A DNA stretch of 64,000 nucleotides from Escherichia phage vB-Eco-KMB40, in the sequence record OR539220.1. The stretch is one strand, 5' to 3'. The notes beneath the pieces are model-generated. The model was not told the origin of the DNA. It saw only the letters and a program-made list of their open reading frames with translations, and did no database searches. Of the stretch, positions 62,530 to 64,000 are shown piece by piece. Numbering within the stretch: position 1 is the stretch's first letter; the number at the start of each line of letters is the position of its first letter. The position numbers were made by a program, and so were the translations under genes.

Positions 62530-62791
62530 TTAGACTTTCCTTTTTACCACTGAGATAAGCGTTATATACTTTAAGAGTGCCGTAATAAATTCGGTCATTT
62601 TCATCTAAAGACTCGCGGTCAAGTTCATCGAGCTCCTTTTTATCCATGACTATAACATCATTACAGTAAAGAAACCCAAGTTTTTCGTGACCAAACTCAA
62701 ATTTATTACAGTACACAATATTAGCGTGATGATTTCCGTGCAGTTTAATCTCTTTTATGTCGGAATCACCGATATTCATACAATAAATCAT
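62462..62791 (-). CDS. hypothetical protein
   Basis: 109-aa ORF; RBS AAGGAAA; 3' end overlaps denB start out of frame. Confidence 0.45.
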   Translation of the reverse strand: MIYCMNIGDSDIKEIKLHGNHHANIVYCNKFEFGHEKLGFLYCNDVIVMDKKELDELDRESLDENDRIYYGTLKVYNAYLSGKKESLNAENESGFTETISDSDIYPIER

Positions 62792-62800
62792 AATTTTTCC

Positions 62801-62825
62801 TTAAAACAAAAGGGCCGAAGCCCTT
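62801..62825 (-). terminator. hairpin AAGGGC-UUCG-GCCCUU plus U-rich tail
   Basis: Directly after stop of ORF 62830-63024. Confidence 0.45.
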
Positions 62826-62829
62826 TATT

Positions 62830-63024
62830 TTACTTGAATTGTGCAATTCTTTTCTCTAGACATTCAGCATAAGATTTCATTGAGATGAACTGCGAAAGTA
62901 GCAGTTCTTGCTCAACTGCGTTAACTGTTAGAAACTTTGCGCTTTCTAAAAATTTACTCAGTGCATTAATTTTGAGCATTAATTGATCGTATTCTTCTTT
63001 TACTCGTGCTTGATAACCTAACAT
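62830..63024 (-). CDS. hypothetical protein
   Basis: 64-aa ORF just downstream of rIIB. Confidence 0.5.
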   Translation of the reverse strand: MLGYQARVKEEYDQLMLKINALSKFLESAKFLTVNAVEQELLLSQFISMKSYAECLEKRIAQFK

Positions 63025-63056
63025 AATTTTCCTTAATGTGATAAGGGCCGAAGCCC

Positions 63057-63995
63057 TTATTTAAATTGTTCAGTAACGTCTTCAACTACTTCGTATTGGC
63101 AGGTACGCATTTTAGCATCGTTGTAATCAATCGGAATTGATACTACATCGCGAGGATGAACTTTAACTTTTACAACTCGGCTGGTTGAACTGCCAAAATG
63201 ACGAATATAAGATTTAGAACACACATGCAGACCACGAGAACAAGTTTGTGTATCATCGTCATTCACACGAGTACGTGGCATTTTAACTACTTTACCCGGA
63301 CTGTTATCAAAGGTGTTTGAGTGACAGTCAAAGTAGTTGTCACGAACTACTTTCCAAGCATAGAAGTAGCCATCTTCTGTAATTTCAATATCGTTTGCTA
63401 CCAAGAAATCAAAGAGTCGAGATACCGCTTTTTGGCTTGGGTTTTCCAGCAGATTTTCCAAGAACGGAAAATAAAATTCAAAGTTTTCGCCTTTTTCCAT
63501 CGAGTCAAGAATACGATCAACCAAACCAGACCGCAATTCGATATTTTGATAGAACAAGCTTCCACCTTCAATTCGAACATCGCCGGAAATATATTTTTCA
63601 ACAGCGCGACGAACATTAATTTTTTGTGCCGCTTCTTCCAACTTATCTGCTACGAGCAGATTAAGAATTTCCTGGAAGTTTGAATGAGTATTAGGAGTTG
63701 CGTTATAAGTTACGCCATCAACAGTAATTGAAATGAATTTTTTAGATGCATTCCAAATAATGTCAGATTTAGCAACTGGAGCAATAACTGCATCGCTATT
63801 AACTTTAACTGTAATATCACCGCTAATAGTAACTTTAGGGTGTTTAGCTTCTTCAGCATTTTTCAAAACACGACGGATTGTGTCAACCGATACATCCTTC
63901 CAATAAGCTAATTCCTGCTGAGTGTAATTACCACTTGAATACAGTTTAACAATTTCAGCTTGTTCGTTTTTGGTCAGGCATTTAATATTGTACAT
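63057..63995 (-). CDS. rIIB: rIIB protein
   Basis: 312 aa; same length as T4 rIIB and located at the expected end of the ndd-denB block. Confidence 0.85.
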   Translation of the reverse strand: MYNIKCLTKNEQAEIVKLYSSGNYTQQELAYWKDVSVDTIRRVLKNAEEAKHPKVTISGDITVKVNSDAVIAPVAKSDIIWNASKKFISITVDGVTYNATPNTHSNFQEILNLLVADKLEEAAQKINVRRAVEKYISGDVRIEGGSLFYQNIELRSGLVDRILDSMEKGENFEFYFPFLENLLENPSQKAVSRLFDFLVANDIEITEDGYFYAWKVVRDNYFDCHSNTFDNSPGKVVKMPRTRVNDDDTQTCSRGLHVCSKSYIRHFGSSTSRVVKVKVHPRDVVSIPIDYNDAKMRTCQYEVVEDVTEQFK

Positions 63996-64000
63996 AATTT

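Noticed and set aside
63321-63683. Plus-strand ORFs of 120, 74 and 72 aa inside rIIB
   Set aside because: Antisense to rIIB, overlapping each other, with no start signals.

Overview
This window is a T4-like (Tevenvirinae) phage genome segment running from the last 51 codons of major capsid gene 23 to the start codon of rIIB. All identifications rest on reading the sequence and recalling T4 protein sequences and motifs; no database search was run. The plus strand carries late morphogenesis genes: 24, baseplate/tail genes 51-27-28-29-48-54, and the long tail fibre block 34-35-36-37-38 followed by holin t. The minus strand carries hoc, inh, uvsY, 25, 26, two Alt-family ADP-ribosyltransferases, and long runs of early genes (ligase 30, 31, cd, pseT, alc, rnlA, denA, nrdB, nrdA, td, frd, 32, 59, 33, dsbA, rnh, asiA, arn, motA, 52, ac, stp, ndd, denB, rIIB) interspersed with small hypothetical ORFs. 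Regulatory signals are dense: late promoters (TATAAATA), about 14 early promoters of the GTTTAC-N17/18-TAnnAT type, MotA-box middle promoters, GC-rich tetraloop hairpins, and the gene 32 translational operator. No rRNA, tRNA, CRISPR array, integrase or transposase was found. The strongest candidate for something new is a 407-bp cassette carrying a 115-aa ORFan inserted exactly at the frd/td junction and flanked by 9-bp direct repeats. Other points worth a second look are an 11-bp tandem repeat with a perfect palindrome, a T2-type gp37 tip plus glycine-rich gp38 adhesin module, intron-less td and nrdB, a NADAR-like protein next to a HAD-like hydrolase, and a chain of translationally coupled tiny hydrophobic peptides. 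Several six-frame ORFs in the supplied track start at TTG/GTG or read through promoter elements and have been trimmed to an ATG with a Shine-Dalgarno sequence.
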